In this document: piece by piece, positions 34,953 to 45,203 of the stretch
How the letters are laid out: each line of letters starts with the position of its first letter
Numbering within the stretch: position 1 is the stretch's first letter
Source of the DNA: an uncultured Christensenella sp.
Lineage (GTDB): Bacteria > Bacillota > Clostridia > Christensenellales > Pumilibacteraceae
DNA length: 64,000 bases
NCBI GenBank assembly: GCA_910577945.1
Contig: CAJTNI010000005.1
Coordinates: forward strand, 1-64,000
Direction of reading: 5' to 3'
The notes under the pieces: generated by a model
Told to the model about the DNA's origin: nothing
Database searches by the model: none
Seen by the model: the letters and a program-made list of their open reading frames with translations, nothing else
Program-made: the position numbers and the translations under genes

Positions 34953-35990
34953 TTAGTTTTTATTAAGCGTTTCTTTTATTATATCGCAAATTTGTTTTGT
35001 GCCGTCCACGCTTAGCTCGGACATGGCGCGCGCGTATCTGTCTTTTGCGTTGAACAGCTCGGCGACGGCGGCGGCGAGAGTAGTAGGCGTCATGTCCGAT
35101 TCGCGCAGCACTTTTATTGCGCCGCGCTCCTCGTAATAGCGCGCGTTTTGCAGCTGGTCGCCGCGCGACGCTTTTTCGAGCGGTATGCACAGCGCGGGAA
35201 TTTTGAGCGCGATTGCCTCCGCGAGCGCGTTTGCGCCGCCGCGCGTAACTATCATATCGACGCTTGCGTAAAGGCCGGGCATGTCGTTTTCAAACTCGAT
35301 AGGGCGGTAGCCGCGCTGTTTTTCGCAAACGGCTTTGCCTTTGCCCGTTACGTGTATAACGTCGAAGCAGGCGGTGAGCTTGGGCAGCGCCGATTTTACG
35401 CAGTCGTTGATTGCCGCCGCGCCGCTCGACCCGCCGACTACGGCGATTACGGGCTTCGAGCCGTCGAACCCGAACGCCGCTCTTTTGCTCTTGCCGCGGT
35501 ACAGCGCGGGGTTGAGCGGCGCGCCTACGTGTTCGGCGCGCTTGATGCGCGCTGCGCACGGCTCGAACGCGCACAATATGCGCTGCGACTTGCGCTTTGC
35601 GAGCTTGGTGCACAGCCCGGGCGAAAAATCGCTTTCGTGACTGACGACGGGTATGCGCCCCGCGCCGAGCACGACGGGCAGCGCGGCGTACCCGCCCTTG
35701 CTGAAAATAAGGTCGGGCTTGATTTCGTTCAAAACCTTTTTCGCCGACTTTACGCAGGCGTGAAGCTTGAACGGAACGGCGAGGTTTTTAAAGAATTTGT
35801 CGCGGCGCAGCTTTACGGCTGAAATCGTGTAAAACGGTATGCCGCGCGCCTCGCACAGCGATTTTTCCATGCCGTCGCAGCCGATATATACGCAACGGCA
35901 GTCGCCGCCCAGCGCGGAAATAATCGCGAGATTGGGCATGACGTGTCCCGCCGTGCCGCCGCCTGCAAACGCTATTGTGTACATAGGCAT
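34953..35990 (-). CDS. murG: Undecaprenyldiphospho-muramoylpentapeptide beta-N-acetylglucosaminyltransferase MurG
   Basis: IAFAGGGTAGHVMPNLAI is the G-loop. GT28 C-terminal domain. 345 aa. RBS aaaggagaaa. Confidence 0.9.
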   Translation of the reverse strand: MPMYTIAFAGGGTAGHVMPNLAIISALGGDCRCVYIGCDGMEKSLCEARGIPFYTISAVKLRRDKFFKNLAVPFKLHACVKSAKKVLNEIKPDLIFSKGGYAALPVVLGAGRIPVVSHESDFSPGLCTKLAKRKSQRILCAFEPCAARIKRAEHVGAPLNPALYRGKSKRAAFGFDGSKPVIAVVGGSSGAAAINDCVKSALPKLTACFDVIHVTGKGKAVCEKQRGYRPIEFENDMPGLYASVDMIVTRGGANALAEAIALKIPALCIPLEKASRGDQLQNARYYEERGAIKVLRESDMTPTTLAAAVAELFNAKDRYARAMSELSVDGTKQICDIIKETLNKN

Positions 35991-36019
35991 TTTCTCCTTT
36001 TTGTCCGATAAAACGCTGT

Positions 36020-36048
36020 TGACAAACGCCGTCGCCTTGTGATAGAAT
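36020..36048 (+). promoter_or_regulatory. Sigma70 promoter for alpha/beta hydrolase gene
   Basis: TTGACA-17-ATAGAAT. Confidence 0.45.
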
Positions 36049-36113
36049 ACGTAAAAGGCACAGCGCTCGCTTGTCTGATTACCTTGATAATATACTCATA
36101 AACAGCGTGTTTT

Positions 36114-37028
36114 ATGAACGGAGGGATTATGTACGAATATATGGAGCTTACGGGCGGAAAGCGCGTGGCGGTCATGATTTGGGAGGACGTAAGCGCGCCG
36201 CGCGGCGCGGTCGTCATGGTGCACGGAATGTGCGAATACGTCGCGCGATACGACGATTTTTGCAGGTTTCTCAACCGCAACGGCTATTACGTAATCGGCA
36301 TGGATAACCGCGGGTTCGGCGATACCGACCCCGACGCGCGCGGCAAGGGCTACAAGGACATGTTCGAGGACACCGTGGACGATATAAAGCGCGAGGTGGA
36401 AATAGCCAAAGCGCGTTGGAATACGGAAACGGTTTTCGTAATCGGGCACAGCTACGGCAGTATACTTACGCAGCGGTTTATAGAAAAGTACCACGCCGAC
36501 GTGGCGGGCGCGATACTTTGCGGAACCACTATGCAGAGCGGCGCTATGTTGGCGCTCGGGCGCAGGCTCGCGCGCGGCAAGGCGAAAAAGAACCCCGACG
36601 CGCCCGGCAAGCTGTTTGCCAAGCTGACTTTCGAGAGCTACGACAAAAAATTAAAGGACGGCGTAAACGGCTGGATTAACCGCGACAAGGAGGCGGTTGC
36701 GCGGTACAACGCCGACGAGCGCTGCGCGGGCGTCGGCATATGCTCTGTCATGTTCTACAAAGAAATGTTCGAGGGGCTTACGCGTATCAACCGCGAGCGC
36801 GGACGCGTACCGAGCGACTTTAAGCTCATGATAGCGTCGGGCACGGACGACGGCGTGGGCGGCTACGGCAAGCTGATTAAAAAGCTTGTTAAGGCGTATC
36901 GCAAGGAGTGCGGCATTGTCCCGCGCGTGAAAATGTACGAGGGCGGCAGGCACGAAATTCTCAACGAAATAAACAAGGGCGTCGTGTACGAGGATTTTGT
37001 CGAGTTCTTGGACGATTGCGCGAAATAA
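36114..37028 (+). CDS. Alpha/beta hydrolase (lysophospholipase / monoacylglycerol lipase-like)
   Basis: HGMCEY...GMDNRGFGDT, and nucleophile elbow GHSYGS. The start is 36114 or 36129 (ggaggg upstream). Confidence 0.7.
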   Translation: MNGGIMYEYMELTGGKRVAVMIWEDVSAPRGAVVMVHGMCEYVARYDDFCRFLNRNGYYVIGMDNRGFGDTDPDARGKGYKDMFEDTVDDIKREVEIAKARWNTETVFVIGHSYGSILTQRFIEKYHADVAGAILCGTTMQSGAMLALGRRLARGKAKKNPDAPGKLFAKLTFESYDKKLKDGVNGWINRDKEAVARYNADERCAGVGICSVMFYKEMFEGLTRINRERGRVPSDFKLMIASGTDDGVGGYGKLIKKLVKAYRKECGIVPRVKMYEGGRHEILNEINKGVVYEDFVEFLDDCAK

Positions 37029-37029
37029 T

Positions 37030-38130
37030 ATGAAAAAGTGCGTCAAGATAACTTTGCTGAGCGTCGGCATTCCCGTGCTCGCGTTTATACTGATTGTCGT
37101 GTCCTATCTGCTGTACGTGGTGTGCACGTATTCGCGCATAGCGGACAACCTCGCGCTGAGCGTGGCGAACAACCACGAAACGGTCGCCGACGGCGCGGGC
37201 GAGTACACGGTTATGACTTATAACGTAGGGTTCGGCGCGTACAGCCCCGATTACACGTTTTTCATGGATACGGGCGTAATGCGCGACGGCACAAAGACGA
37301 CGGGCAAGTACGGCAAGGCGATTTCCGCCGACGACGTGCGCAAAAACACCGACGGGTCGGTGGGCGTGATACAAAAATACAGCCCCGACTTCGCCATAAT
37401 TCAAGAGGTCGATTACGATTCGTCGCGCAGCTACAAGGTGGACCAGCGCGCGGCGTTTACGGGTATAGACGGGTACGGGTCGGTATTTGCCGAAAACTAC
37501 CACAGCAGCTATTTGGCGTATCCGTTCGGCGACCCGCACGGCAAGAACAACGCGGGCATAGTCACGTTGAGCAAGTACAAGGTCGCGGACAGCGTGCGGC
37601 GCAGCTTTCCGATATCGGGCGGGTTTTCAAAGTTCACCGATTTGGATAGATGCTTTTCGGTCACGCACGTCCCCGTCGGCGACAAAACGCTGTCGCTTAT
37701 ATCGCTGCATATGTCGGCGTACGACAAGGGCGGAGTAATTCGCAAAAAGCAGGCGGAAATGCTCAAAGGCGTTTTGCAAGAGGAATACGACAAGGGATAT
37801 TACGTTATCGCGGGCGGCGATTTCAATCAGGATTTAATCGGCAATCTCGAAAAGTTCGCGAGCGAACAGCAAATCCCCGAGTGGGTCGCGACTTACGACG
37901 AAAACGACCTGCCGCAGGGCTTTTCCATAGCGACCGATTTCCATTCGACGGTGGGCTCGTGCCGCGGCGCGGACGTGGTGTGGAAGCGCGATTGGACGTA
38001 CACCTGCGTGATAGACGGCTTTATCGTTTCCGATAATATCGCCGTTAAAAAAGCCGAAATAATAGACAACGATTTCGCGTTTTCCGACCACAATCCCGTA
38101 TTGCTTACGTTTGAGTTTAACGCGAATTAG
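37030..38130 (+). CDS. Endonuclease/exonuclease/phosphatase (EEP) family membrane-anchored protein
   Basis: N-terminal TM segment. EEP motifs VMTYNVGFG, IQEVD, GGDFNQD, SDHNPV. Confidence 0.65.
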   Translation: MKKCVKITLLSVGIPVLAFILIVVSYLLYVVCTYSRIADNLALSVANNHETVADGAGEYTVMTYNVGFGAYSPDYTFFMDTGVMRDGTKTTGKYGKAISADDVRKNTDGSVGVIQKYSPDFAIIQEVDYDSSRSYKVDQRAAFTGIDGYGSVFAENYHSSYLAYPFGDPHGKNNAGIVTLSKYKVADSVRRSFPISGGFSKFTDLDRCFSVTHVPVGDKTLSLISLHMSAYDKGGVIRKKQAEMLKGVLQEEYDKGYYVIAGGDFNQDLIGNLEKFASEQQIPEWVATYDENDLPQGFSIATDFHSTVGSCRGADVVWKRDWTYTCVIDGFIVSDNIAVKKAEIIDNDFAFSDHNPVLLTFEFNAN

Positions 38131-38140
38131 AGGATAAACA

Positions 38141-38602
38141 ATGTTCAATATTGTATTGGTCGAGCCCGAAATTCCCCAAAATACGGGCAATATATCGCGC
38201 ACCTGCGCGTGCACGGGCGCGGCGTTGCACATAGTCAAGCCCATGGGGTTCGAGATAACCGACGCCAAGCTCAAACGCGCGGGGCTCGATTATTGGGACA
38301 AGCTGAATTTGACGTATTACGAAAATCTAAACGAATTCTTCGAACGCAACGCGGGCGGGCGGTTCTTTTACCTGTCGAAAAAGGCGAGCAAGCGCTACAC
38401 GGACGCGGAGTACCGCGACGGCGATTTTCTCGTGTTCGGCAAGGAGACCAAGGGCTTGCCCGAGTACGTCGTTTTCGACAACCCCGACACCGCGCTGCGC
38501 ATACCCATGGCGGCGGGCTTGCGCTCGCTCAACCTATCGAACACCGTGGCTTTGGTGCTGTACGAGGCGTTGCGGCAAACGGGGTTCGCGGGGTTGTCTT
38601 AG
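38141..38602 (+). CDS. trmL: tRNA (cytidine/uridine-2'-O)-methyltransferase TrmL (SpoU family)
   Basis: MFNIVLVEPEIPQNTGNISRTCACTGAALHIVKPMGF...KRAGLDYW. 153 aa. Confidence 0.85.
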   Translation: MFNIVLVEPEIPQNTGNISRTCACTGAALHIVKPMGFEITDAKLKRAGLDYWDKLNLTYYENLNEFFERNAGGRFFYLSKKASKRYTDAEYRDGDFLVFGKETKGLPEYVVFDNPDTALRIPMAAGLRSLNLSNTVALVLYEALRQTGFAGLS

Positions 38603-38780
38603 CGCGTAACGAGTAATTCGGAATATGCAATCGCGACGCTGCGCGCGACTTGTCTGCGCTTGTTTCGATTTTATTCAATCAAGGATGCGCATTGTCGGTT
38701 AGGGCTGACGATGAGACGCGCGCTTGACGGAAGTCTGTTTACGCGCTTTGCATTGCGCGTTACTAATTGTTTAAATTCAG

Positions 38781-38809
38781 TTGAGAAAAATTTTTATTTG
38801 TGCTACAAT
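38781..38809 (+). promoter_or_regulatory. Sigma70 promoter of topoisomerase operon
   Basis: TTGAGA-17-TACAAT. RBS ggagga precedes ATG 38839. Confidence 0.5.
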
Positions 38810-38838
38810 GAAATGCAACACGCAACGGAGGAGCTTTT

Positions 38839-40794
38839 ATGTCTGATTATAATGCGGGTAATATAAAGGTTTTGGAGGGGCTCGACGCCGTACGACTGCG
38901 TCCCGGTATGTATATCGGTACGACGGGCGTCAAGGGCTTGCATCATATATTGTGGGAGATAGTGGACAACTCGATAGACGAGGTGTCCAACGGCTACGGC
39001 ACGGGGCTTACGGTGACCGTTTACGCCGACGGCAGCGCGTCTGTGGAGGACGACGGCAGAGGTATGCCCGTCGATATCCACCCGCAGCTCGGCGTGTCGG
39101 GCGTAGAGGTCATATTTACGCAGCTGCACGCGGGCGGCAAGTTCGACAGCAGCAACTACGCGCACTCGGGCGGCTTGCACGGCGTGGGCGCGTCTGTCAC
39201 TAACGCGCTATCCGAATGGCTGACCGTCGAGGTTTTCCGCAACGGCACTACGTATCGCATGGAGTTCGAGTCCAAGGACGTCAACGGCGACGGCGAGGTC
39301 AAGGGCGGCATACCCAAGTATTCGCTCATCGACACGGGCGAAAAGACGGACAAGCACGGCACGAAGGTGCGGTTCAAGCCCGACGCGCGCATATTCGAAA
39401 CTGTGGTGTTTCAGTTCGAGACGATAGCGCGGCGGTTGAAGGAACTTGCGTTCCTCAATAAGGGCGTCGGCATAAAGCTCGTGGACGAGCGCGTGCGCGT
39501 CGGCGACGGCTATCGCGCGTTGGAATACAAATACGACGGCGGCATTATCGATTTCGTAAAGTATATCAACGAGGCTCGCAACACGCTGTACGACGAGCCT
39601 ATCATGCTCAAAGGCGAGCGCGACGGCATTTCCATGGAATTGGCGTTCCAGCACACCGATGCGTACACCGAGAATTTGTTTTCGTACGTAAACAACATTC
39701 CCACCACGGAAGGCGGCACGCACGAAACGGGCTTTAAGGCGGCGTATACCAAGGTCATGAACGACTTTGCGCGGCGCGTGGGCATGCTCAAAGACAAGGA
39801 CGCAAACCTGTTGGGCGACGATTACCGCGAGGGGCTTACCGCCGTTTTGTCCATACAGATGACCAACGTGCAGTTCGAGGGTCAAACCAAAACCAAGCTC
39901 GGCAATCCCGCGGCGCGCATAGCAATCGAAGCGCTCGTATCGCAGCTTTTGAGCGAGTATTTCCAAGACGCCAAAAACGAGGACGTCGGCGAGGCGATAC
40001 TCAAAAAGGGCATGCTCGCGGCAAAGGTGCGCGAGGCGGCGCGCAAGGAAAAGGAAATCACGCGCGCCAAGAACGCGATAGACAACTTCAATCTAGTCGG
40101 CAAGCTCACGCCGTGCACGGGCAAAAAGCCCGAGAACAACGAGTTGTTCATCGTCGAGGGCGACAGCGCGGGCGGCACGTGCAAGCAGGCGCGCGCGCGG
40201 TCGTATCAGGCGATTTTGCCGCTCAGGGGCAAGCCGCTCAACGCCGAGAAAAAGCGTATAGACCAGGTGCTCGCCAACGAGGAAATACGCACGCTCATAT
40301 CGGCGCTCGGCTCGGGGATAGGCGAGGATTTCAACGTGGACAACCTCAACTATCACAAGGTGATTATACTGTCCGACGCGGACGTCGACGGATATCATAT
40401 CCGCGCCATACTGCTGACCTTCTTCTTCCGCTACATGAAGGATTTGATTAACGAGGGGCACGTGTATATCGGGCTGCCGCCGCTGTACAAAATCGAAAAG
40501 GGCAACAATGTGGAGTACGCGTACGACGACGCGGCGCTCGCCGACGCAAAGGCGAGAATGGGCAAGGGCGCGTCCGTACAGCGCTATAAGGGCTTGGGCG
40601 AAATGAACGCCGACCAGCTCTGGGAAACGACGATGAATCCCGAACAGCGCGCGCTTATGCAGGTTACGATAGAGGACGCGGCGGAGGCGGAAAAGCTGGT
40701 GTCCGTACTTATGGGCGACGCCGTAGAGCTACGCCGCGAGTATATTATCGAGCACGCCGACTTTAACAAGGTGGACGGGTTCAAGCCCGCGTAA
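38839..40794 (+). CDS. parE: Type IIA topoisomerase B subunit (ParE-like; GyrB not excluded)
   Basis: GHKL ATPase, TOPRIM (EGDSAGG) and tail motifs. The ParE call follows from the partner A subunit lacking a GyrA box. Confidence 0.65.
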   Translation: MSDYNAGNIKVLEGLDAVRLRPGMYIGTTGVKGLHHILWEIVDNSIDEVSNGYGTGLTVTVYADGSASVEDDGRGMPVDIHPQLGVSGVEVIFTQLHAGGKFDSSNYAHSGGLHGVGASVTNALSEWLTVEVFRNGTTYRMEFESKDVNGDGEVKGGIPKYSLIDTGEKTDKHGTKVRFKPDARIFETVVFQFETIARRLKELAFLNKGVGIKLVDERVRVGDGYRALEYKYDGGIIDFVKYINEARNTLYDEPIMLKGERDGISMELAFQHTDAYTENLFSYVNNIPTTEGGTHETGFKAAYTKVMNDFARRVGMLKDKDANLLGDDYREGLTAVLSIQMTNVQFEGQTKTKLGNPAARIAIEALVSQLLSEYFQDAKNEDVGEAILKKGMLAAKVREAARKEKEITRAKNAIDNFNLVGKLTPCTGKKPENNELFIVEGDSAGGTCKQARARSYQAILPLRGKPLNAEKKRIDQVLANEEIRTLISALGSGIGEDFNVDNLNYHKVIILSDADVDGYHIRAILLTFFFRYMKDLINEGHVYIGLPPLYKIEKGNNVEYAYDDAALADAKARMGKGASVQRYKGLGEMNADQLWETTMNPEQRALMQVTIEDAAEAEKLVSVLMGDAVELRREYIIEHADFNKVDGFKPA

Positions 40795-40953
40795 CGCGTT
40801 AACCGCGCATGCGCTACTTGCGCAAGGCTTCGGCTATGCCGAGGCTTCGCGTATTGCGGGCGCAATTTCGCCGCGAGCGTTGCGGCGTTCGGCGCGCAAA
40901 TACGTAGGATATAATCGCAATCATTCTTCGACATTTATAATCGGTGATATAAT

Positions 40954-43410
40954 ATGGCACAAGACGATAACAGCAAAAACGTAAGCAAATCGCTAATTGT
41001 TCAGACCATGGAGGACGTAATGCGCGACTCCATGATTCCGTACTCGGAATCGGTCATTCTCGACCGCGCGTTGCCGCGCGTGGAGGACGGACTCAAACCC
41101 GTTCAGCGTCGCATACTTTACACCATGCAGCAGCTCGGCATTACGCCCGACAAGCCTTACCGCAAGAGCGCGCGTATCGTCGGCGACTGCTTGGGTAAGC
41201 TGCACCCGCACGGCGATTCGTCCATATATCAAGCGATGGTGCGCATGGCGCAACCGTTTAATATGGGCGCGCCGCTCGTAGACGGGCACGGAAACTTCGG
41301 GTCTGTGGACGGCGACGGCGCGGCGGCTATGCGTTATACCGAGGCAAGGCTGACGCCGTTGGCTTTGGAGCTACTGCGCGATATAGACAAAAACACGGTC
41401 AAATGGTCGTGGAACTTCGACGATACGTTGCTCGAACCCGACATTTTGCCGGGGCGCTTCCCCAATCTTTTGGTAAACGGCGCGACGGGCATAGCGGTAG
41501 GTCTTGCGACCAACATTCCGCCGCACAACCTCATGGAGACAATCGACGGCGTTATCGCGTATATCGACAATCCGCGCATATCGCTTAAAGATATGATGAA
41601 GATAATCAAAGGTCCGGATTTCCCGACGGGCGGCGTGATTATCCCCAACGACCTCGAAACGGCGTACGAAACGGGCAAGGGTAAAATAGCCATTCGCGCC
41701 AAGCTGCATATAGAAAACGGCGACAACGACAAAAAGCTTATCGTTATCGACGAAGTGCCGTACGGCGTGAACAAGGCGCAGCTTTTGGAAAGCATAATCA
41801 AAGTGCGCGAGGACAAAAAGGGCGTGCTCTCCGGCATAACCGACGTTGTGGACGAGTCCGACCGCGTGGGCATGCGCGCCGTAATAAAGGTCAAGCGCGA
41901 TTTCAACCCCAAAGAGATTATCAACGCGCTGTTCAAGTACACCAATTTGTCGATAAATTTCTCGTTCAATATGGTCGCGATTGCCGACGGCAAGCCTCAG
42001 CTCATGGGCTTGCTGGACATTATCGCGTACTACGTAAACTATCAGCGCGAGGTCGTGCTGCGCCGCACCAAGTACGAGCTGGACGCGGCGAGAAAGCGCG
42101 AGCATATTTTGGAGGGCTTGGTTATCGCCGTACGCAATATCGACGAGGTAATCAAGATTATCAAGGCGAGCGCGAACACGACCGCCGCGAAAGAGGCGCT
42201 CAGAAAGCGTTTCGAGCTGTCGGAGATTCAGGCGCAGGCGGTGCTCGACATTCGTTTGGCGCGGCTCACGCACCTCGAAATATTCAAGCTGGAAAAAGAG
42301 CTTGCCGACATACGCAGCGAGATAGCGCGCTTGGAGGCGATTGTCGCGTCCAAAAAGCTGCAAATGGAGCTTGTAAAGACCGAGCTTTTGGGCATTCGCA
42401 AGCAGTATAAGGAAAACCGCAAGAGCGCGGTCGTCAAGGGCGTGGAGCAGTACGTCGTGCCGAGCGACGACGAAAAACCGACGTTCGAGTACGTGGTCGC
42501 CGTCAACGGATACCGTCAGCTCAAAAAGATGCTCGTCAAAAACTTTACGATGGCGACCAAGGACTTTACCGATACGTCCACGCTCAACGAGATATGTTCG
42601 AGCATTGTCAAAGCCAAGTCGACGGACAGAGTGTTTGTGTTCACCAACCTCGGCAACTGCTACAAGGTGGACGTGGAGAGTATTCCCGACGGCAAGTGGC
42701 GGGAGAAGGGCGCGTCGCTCAAAGCGATTGTCGCCGACGCGACGGAAAACGAGTTCCCGCTGTATGTGCGTTTGGTCGAGGAAAAACTGCCCAAGGGCAG
42801 TCTGTTGTTCTACACCAAGAACGGTCTTGTCAAAAAATCGCCGTGGAGCGAGTACGGCGTGGTCAAGTCGGCGTTTGCCGCGACCAAGCTGCGCGACGGC
42901 GACAGCGTAATCGCTATCGAGGACGAGGTCGAAGGCTCGTCGCTTATGATTATAACCAAGCAAGGCATGTGCCTTAACGCCGACATGTCGGACGTACCCG
43001 CGCAAAACCGTATCGCCACTGGCGTTAAGGGCATTGCGCTCGCCGACGGCGACGACTGCGTGCTCATTCGCCAAGTCAACGGCGACGGCGAGATTGCGAT
43101 TGTAACCGACCGCGGCTTTGCCAAGCGCGTGCTCGTTTCGCAAATAGACGTAATGACGCGCTACCGCAAGGGCGTGAAAATCATGGATTTCGGAAAGGGC
43201 AAGGCGGACAACGGCAAAGAGGTAACGTTCGCGTCGTGCGTGACCGTGCCGTACAAAATAGTGCTCAACGTGGACGACGAATATCTGACCGCGTACTCGA
43301 CGGAAAACCTGCCCATAGAAAACCGCACGCATGCGGGCAGACCGCTGCTCAAAGGCAAGCACACGATTAACGCCTGCTATATATACAACGACAAGCTTAT
43401 TAACGGTTGA
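40954..43410 (+). CDS. parC: Type IIA topoisomerase A subunit, ParC-like (no GyrA box)
   Basis: [29 protein letters not shown] with the catalytic Tyr. The C-terminal domain contains no QRRGGKG GyrA-box. Confidence 0.65.
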   Translation: MAQDDNSKNVSKSLIVQTMEDVMRDSMIPYSESVILDRALPRVEDGLKPVQRRILYTMQQLGITPDKPYRKSARIVGDCLGKLHPHGDSSIYQAMVRMAQPFNMGAPLVDGHGNFGSVDGDGAAAMRYTEARLTPLALELLRDIDKNTVKWSWNFDDTLLEPDILPGRFPNLLVNGATGIAVGLATNIPPHNLMETIDGVIAYIDNPRISLKDMMKIIKGPDFPTGGVIIPNDLETAYETGKGKIAIRAKLHIENGDNDKKLIVIDEVPYGVNKAQLLESIIKVREDKKGVLSGITDVVDESDRVGMRAVIKVKRDFNPKEIINALFKYTNLSINFSFNMVAIADGKPQLMGLLDIIAYYVNYQREVVLRRTKYELDAARKREHILEGLVIAVRNIDEVIKIIKASANTTAAKEALRKRFELSEIQAQAVLDIRLARLTHLEIFKLEKELADIRSEIARLEAIVASKKLQMELVKTELLGIRKQYKENRKSAVVKGVEQYVVPSDDEKPTFEYVVAVNGYRQLKKMLVKNFTMATKDFTDTSTLNEICSSIVKAKSTDRVFVFTNLGNCYKVDVESIPDGKWREKGASLKAIVADATENEFPLYVRLVEEKLPKGSLLFYTKNGLVKKSPWSEYGVVKSAFAATKLRDGDSVIAIEDEVEGSSLMIITKQGMCLNADMSDVPAQNRIATGVKGIALADGDDCVLIRQVNGDGEIAIVTDRGFAKRVLVSQIDVMTRYRKGVKIMDFGKGKADNGKEVTFASCVTVPYKIVLNVDDEYLTAYSTENLPIENRTHAGRPLLKGKHTINACYIYNDKLING

Positions 43411-43514
43411 CCGTAGTCAATCGTTACCGCAAAAGCCGCGACCGACAGTCTGCGGCTTTTGCATTGCATATAAATCGCGGCGCGGCGTAATGCCTGCACG
43501 GCGCGGTCAATCGC

Positions 43515-43543
43515 TTGACAAAAGGCGATATAAGGAATATAAT
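43515..43543 (+). promoter_or_regulatory. Leaderless promoter of lgt
   Basis: TTGACA-17-TATAAT-6-ATG(43550). Confidence 0.55.
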
Positions 43544-43549
43544 CAAGCT

Positions 43550-44665
43550 ATGAATATAAGCTTGTTGAGCGCCGTTAACTATTACGGTTTGATAATAGCG
43601 TGCGGAATAGTGATTTGCGTGGTGGGCGCGTACTTTGCGGCCAAGCACCGCGGCATAGAAGGCGATATCGTAATCGATATAATCGTCATATGCTTGCCGC
43701 TCGCTATATTGGGCGCGCGCATATATTACGTTATTTTCGACGCGATTGCGGGCAACCATTGGACGTTTTCCAAGTTTTTCGGTTTCAGCGGCGAGGACGG
43801 GCATTTCGTCGGCTTGGAGGGCTTGGCGATTTACGGCGGACTAATCGGCGCGGTTATCGGAGCGGTTATACTGTGGCTGTGGAAAAACCGCAAGAAGAAC
43901 CCCGAGAACAAGCGCATAACGTTTTTGCAAATACTCGACTTGGGATTTACATTTATCATACTCGGTCAAGCCGTAGGGCGGTGGGGCAACTTTGCCAACC
44001 AAGAGGCGTACGGCGGCGAGATAACCAATCCCGCGTTGCAGTTTTTCCCGATAGGCGTGTTTATAGAAAAGGAAAGCGCGTGGCATTACGCGACATTCTT
44101 TTACGAGTCGCTGTGGAACACGATAGGCTTTGCCATACTGCTGTACTTGTATTTGGGCAAGTACAAGAGCTTCGACGGATTCAACCTCTTCGCATACTGC
44201 ATATATTACGGTATAGGCAGAGCGTGGATAGAGGGCTTGCGTACCGACAGCCTGTGGCTGGTGCCGCCGTCGGGCGGGTTCGCGGGAATACGCGTGAGTC
44301 AGTTGTTGAGCATACTGCTGATACTGTTCGGCATAGGCGCGATAATTTTCCATATCGTGCGCGCCAAAAAGGCGGGCAAAAAGACGTTTATCTTCGTAAA
44401 CCGCGCCAAGCTCTGCGACGAGTATTACGGATACGAAAAGACCAAGCTCGCGCACCCTATGCCCGACATAACGTTCTTTAAGGACAGAAACAAGCAAAAG
44501 AAGGATAACGTGATTGTTGACGAGAACGGCGTCGCCATTCGGCTCGACGATACGCCCGATAACGACGGCGGCATCGAAACGCCGCGCGAAACACCCGACG
44601 AAAAGATACGCGCAACGGCGCAAGCGGAGTCGGAGGAAGAGTATGAAGACAAGTGGGACGACTGA
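43550..44665 (+). CDS. lgt: Prolipoprotein diacylglyceryl transferase Lgt with ~95-aa acidic C-terminal extension
   Basis: Lgt signature GQAVGRWGNFANQEAYG and conserved TM pattern. The tail (...DENGVAIRLDDTPDNDGG...EEEYEDKWDD) has no counterpart in typical Lgt. Confidence 0.8.
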   Translation: MNISLLSAVNYYGLIIACGIVICVVGAYFAAKHRGIEGDIVIDIIVICLPLAILGARIYYVIFDAIAGNHWTFSKFFGFSGEDGHFVGLEGLAIYGGLIGAVIGAVILWLWKNRKKNPENKRITFLQILDLGFTFIILGQAVGRWGNFANQEAYGGEITNPALQFFPIGVFIEKESAWHYATFFYESLWNTIGFAILLYLYLGKYKSFDGFNLFAYCIYYGIGRAWIEGLRTDSLWLVPPSGGFAGIRVSQLLSILLILFGIGAIIFHIVRAKKAGKKTFIFVNRAKLCDEYYGYEKTKLAHPMPDITFFKDRNKQKKDNVIVDENGVAIRLDDTPDNDGGIETPRETPDEKIRATAQAESEEEYEDKWDD

Positions 44666-45203
44666 CGGCGTAGACGGGGTGCTCCCTCTCACTAAAAAGC
44701 AAAAAATCGCGGGCAACGTGTCGATGGGAGTGCTGCTCGTGGCGGCGGGCGTAATTCTCGCGTTGGCGGGCGCGGGCGTGATAAACGTTTCCGTGCGCAA
44801 AATCGCAGCGGCGACGATATTGCTTGCATTCGGTACGGGAGTGCTTATCGGCGCGCTCATAGCAAAAAATTCCATATCCATGTGGATTGCGGGCGTCATA
44901 CTGTCGTGCGCGCTTACTTCGCTTTTGGTCGCGGTCACGCCCGCGTCGTATTACAATCTTTTCCCGATATATATCGCCGCGCCCGCGGTCGGCTGCGCGC
45001 TGTCCGTGATATTCGCGGACGCCAAGCTCGCTTGCGTCAAGTGCGGCGTGTTTTTCTCTGTGCTCGCGGGATTGTTCGCGCTTGCGTCCTCGGGGCTGTG
45101 CGGCTGGGGGCTTACGGGCGGACTGATTGCGGCTTTCGGCGGAGTGTGCGTAATCGCGTACGCCGTCGGTATTTTTTTGAAAAAGGACCAAGATAATGCG
45201 TAA
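44643..45203 (+). CDS. Hypothetical polytopic membrane protein
   Basis: RBS ggaggaag precedes ATG 44643, which overlaps the end of lgt. 5-6 TM helices rich in Gly/Ala. Confidence 0.4.
   Translation: MKTSGTTDGVDGVLPLTKKQKIAGNVSMGVLLVAAGVILALAGAGVINVSVRKIAAATILLAFGTGVLIGALIAKNSISMWIAGVILSCALTSLLVAVTPASYYNLFPIYIAAPAVGCALSVIFADAKLACVKCGVFFSVLAGLFALASSGLCGWGLTGGLIAAFGGVCVIAYAVGIFLKKDQDNA

Noticed and set aside
41371-43362. 663-aa antisense ORF opposite parC
   Set aside because: parC on the plus strand has unambiguous type IIA topoisomerase motifs. The antisense ORF is a compositional artefact.
38839-43410. Calling the topoisomerase pair gyrB/gyrA
   Set aside because: No GyrA box was found in the A-subunit C-terminal domain, and the gene context is not origin-proximal, so topo IV was preferred. 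This remains uncertain without phylogeny.
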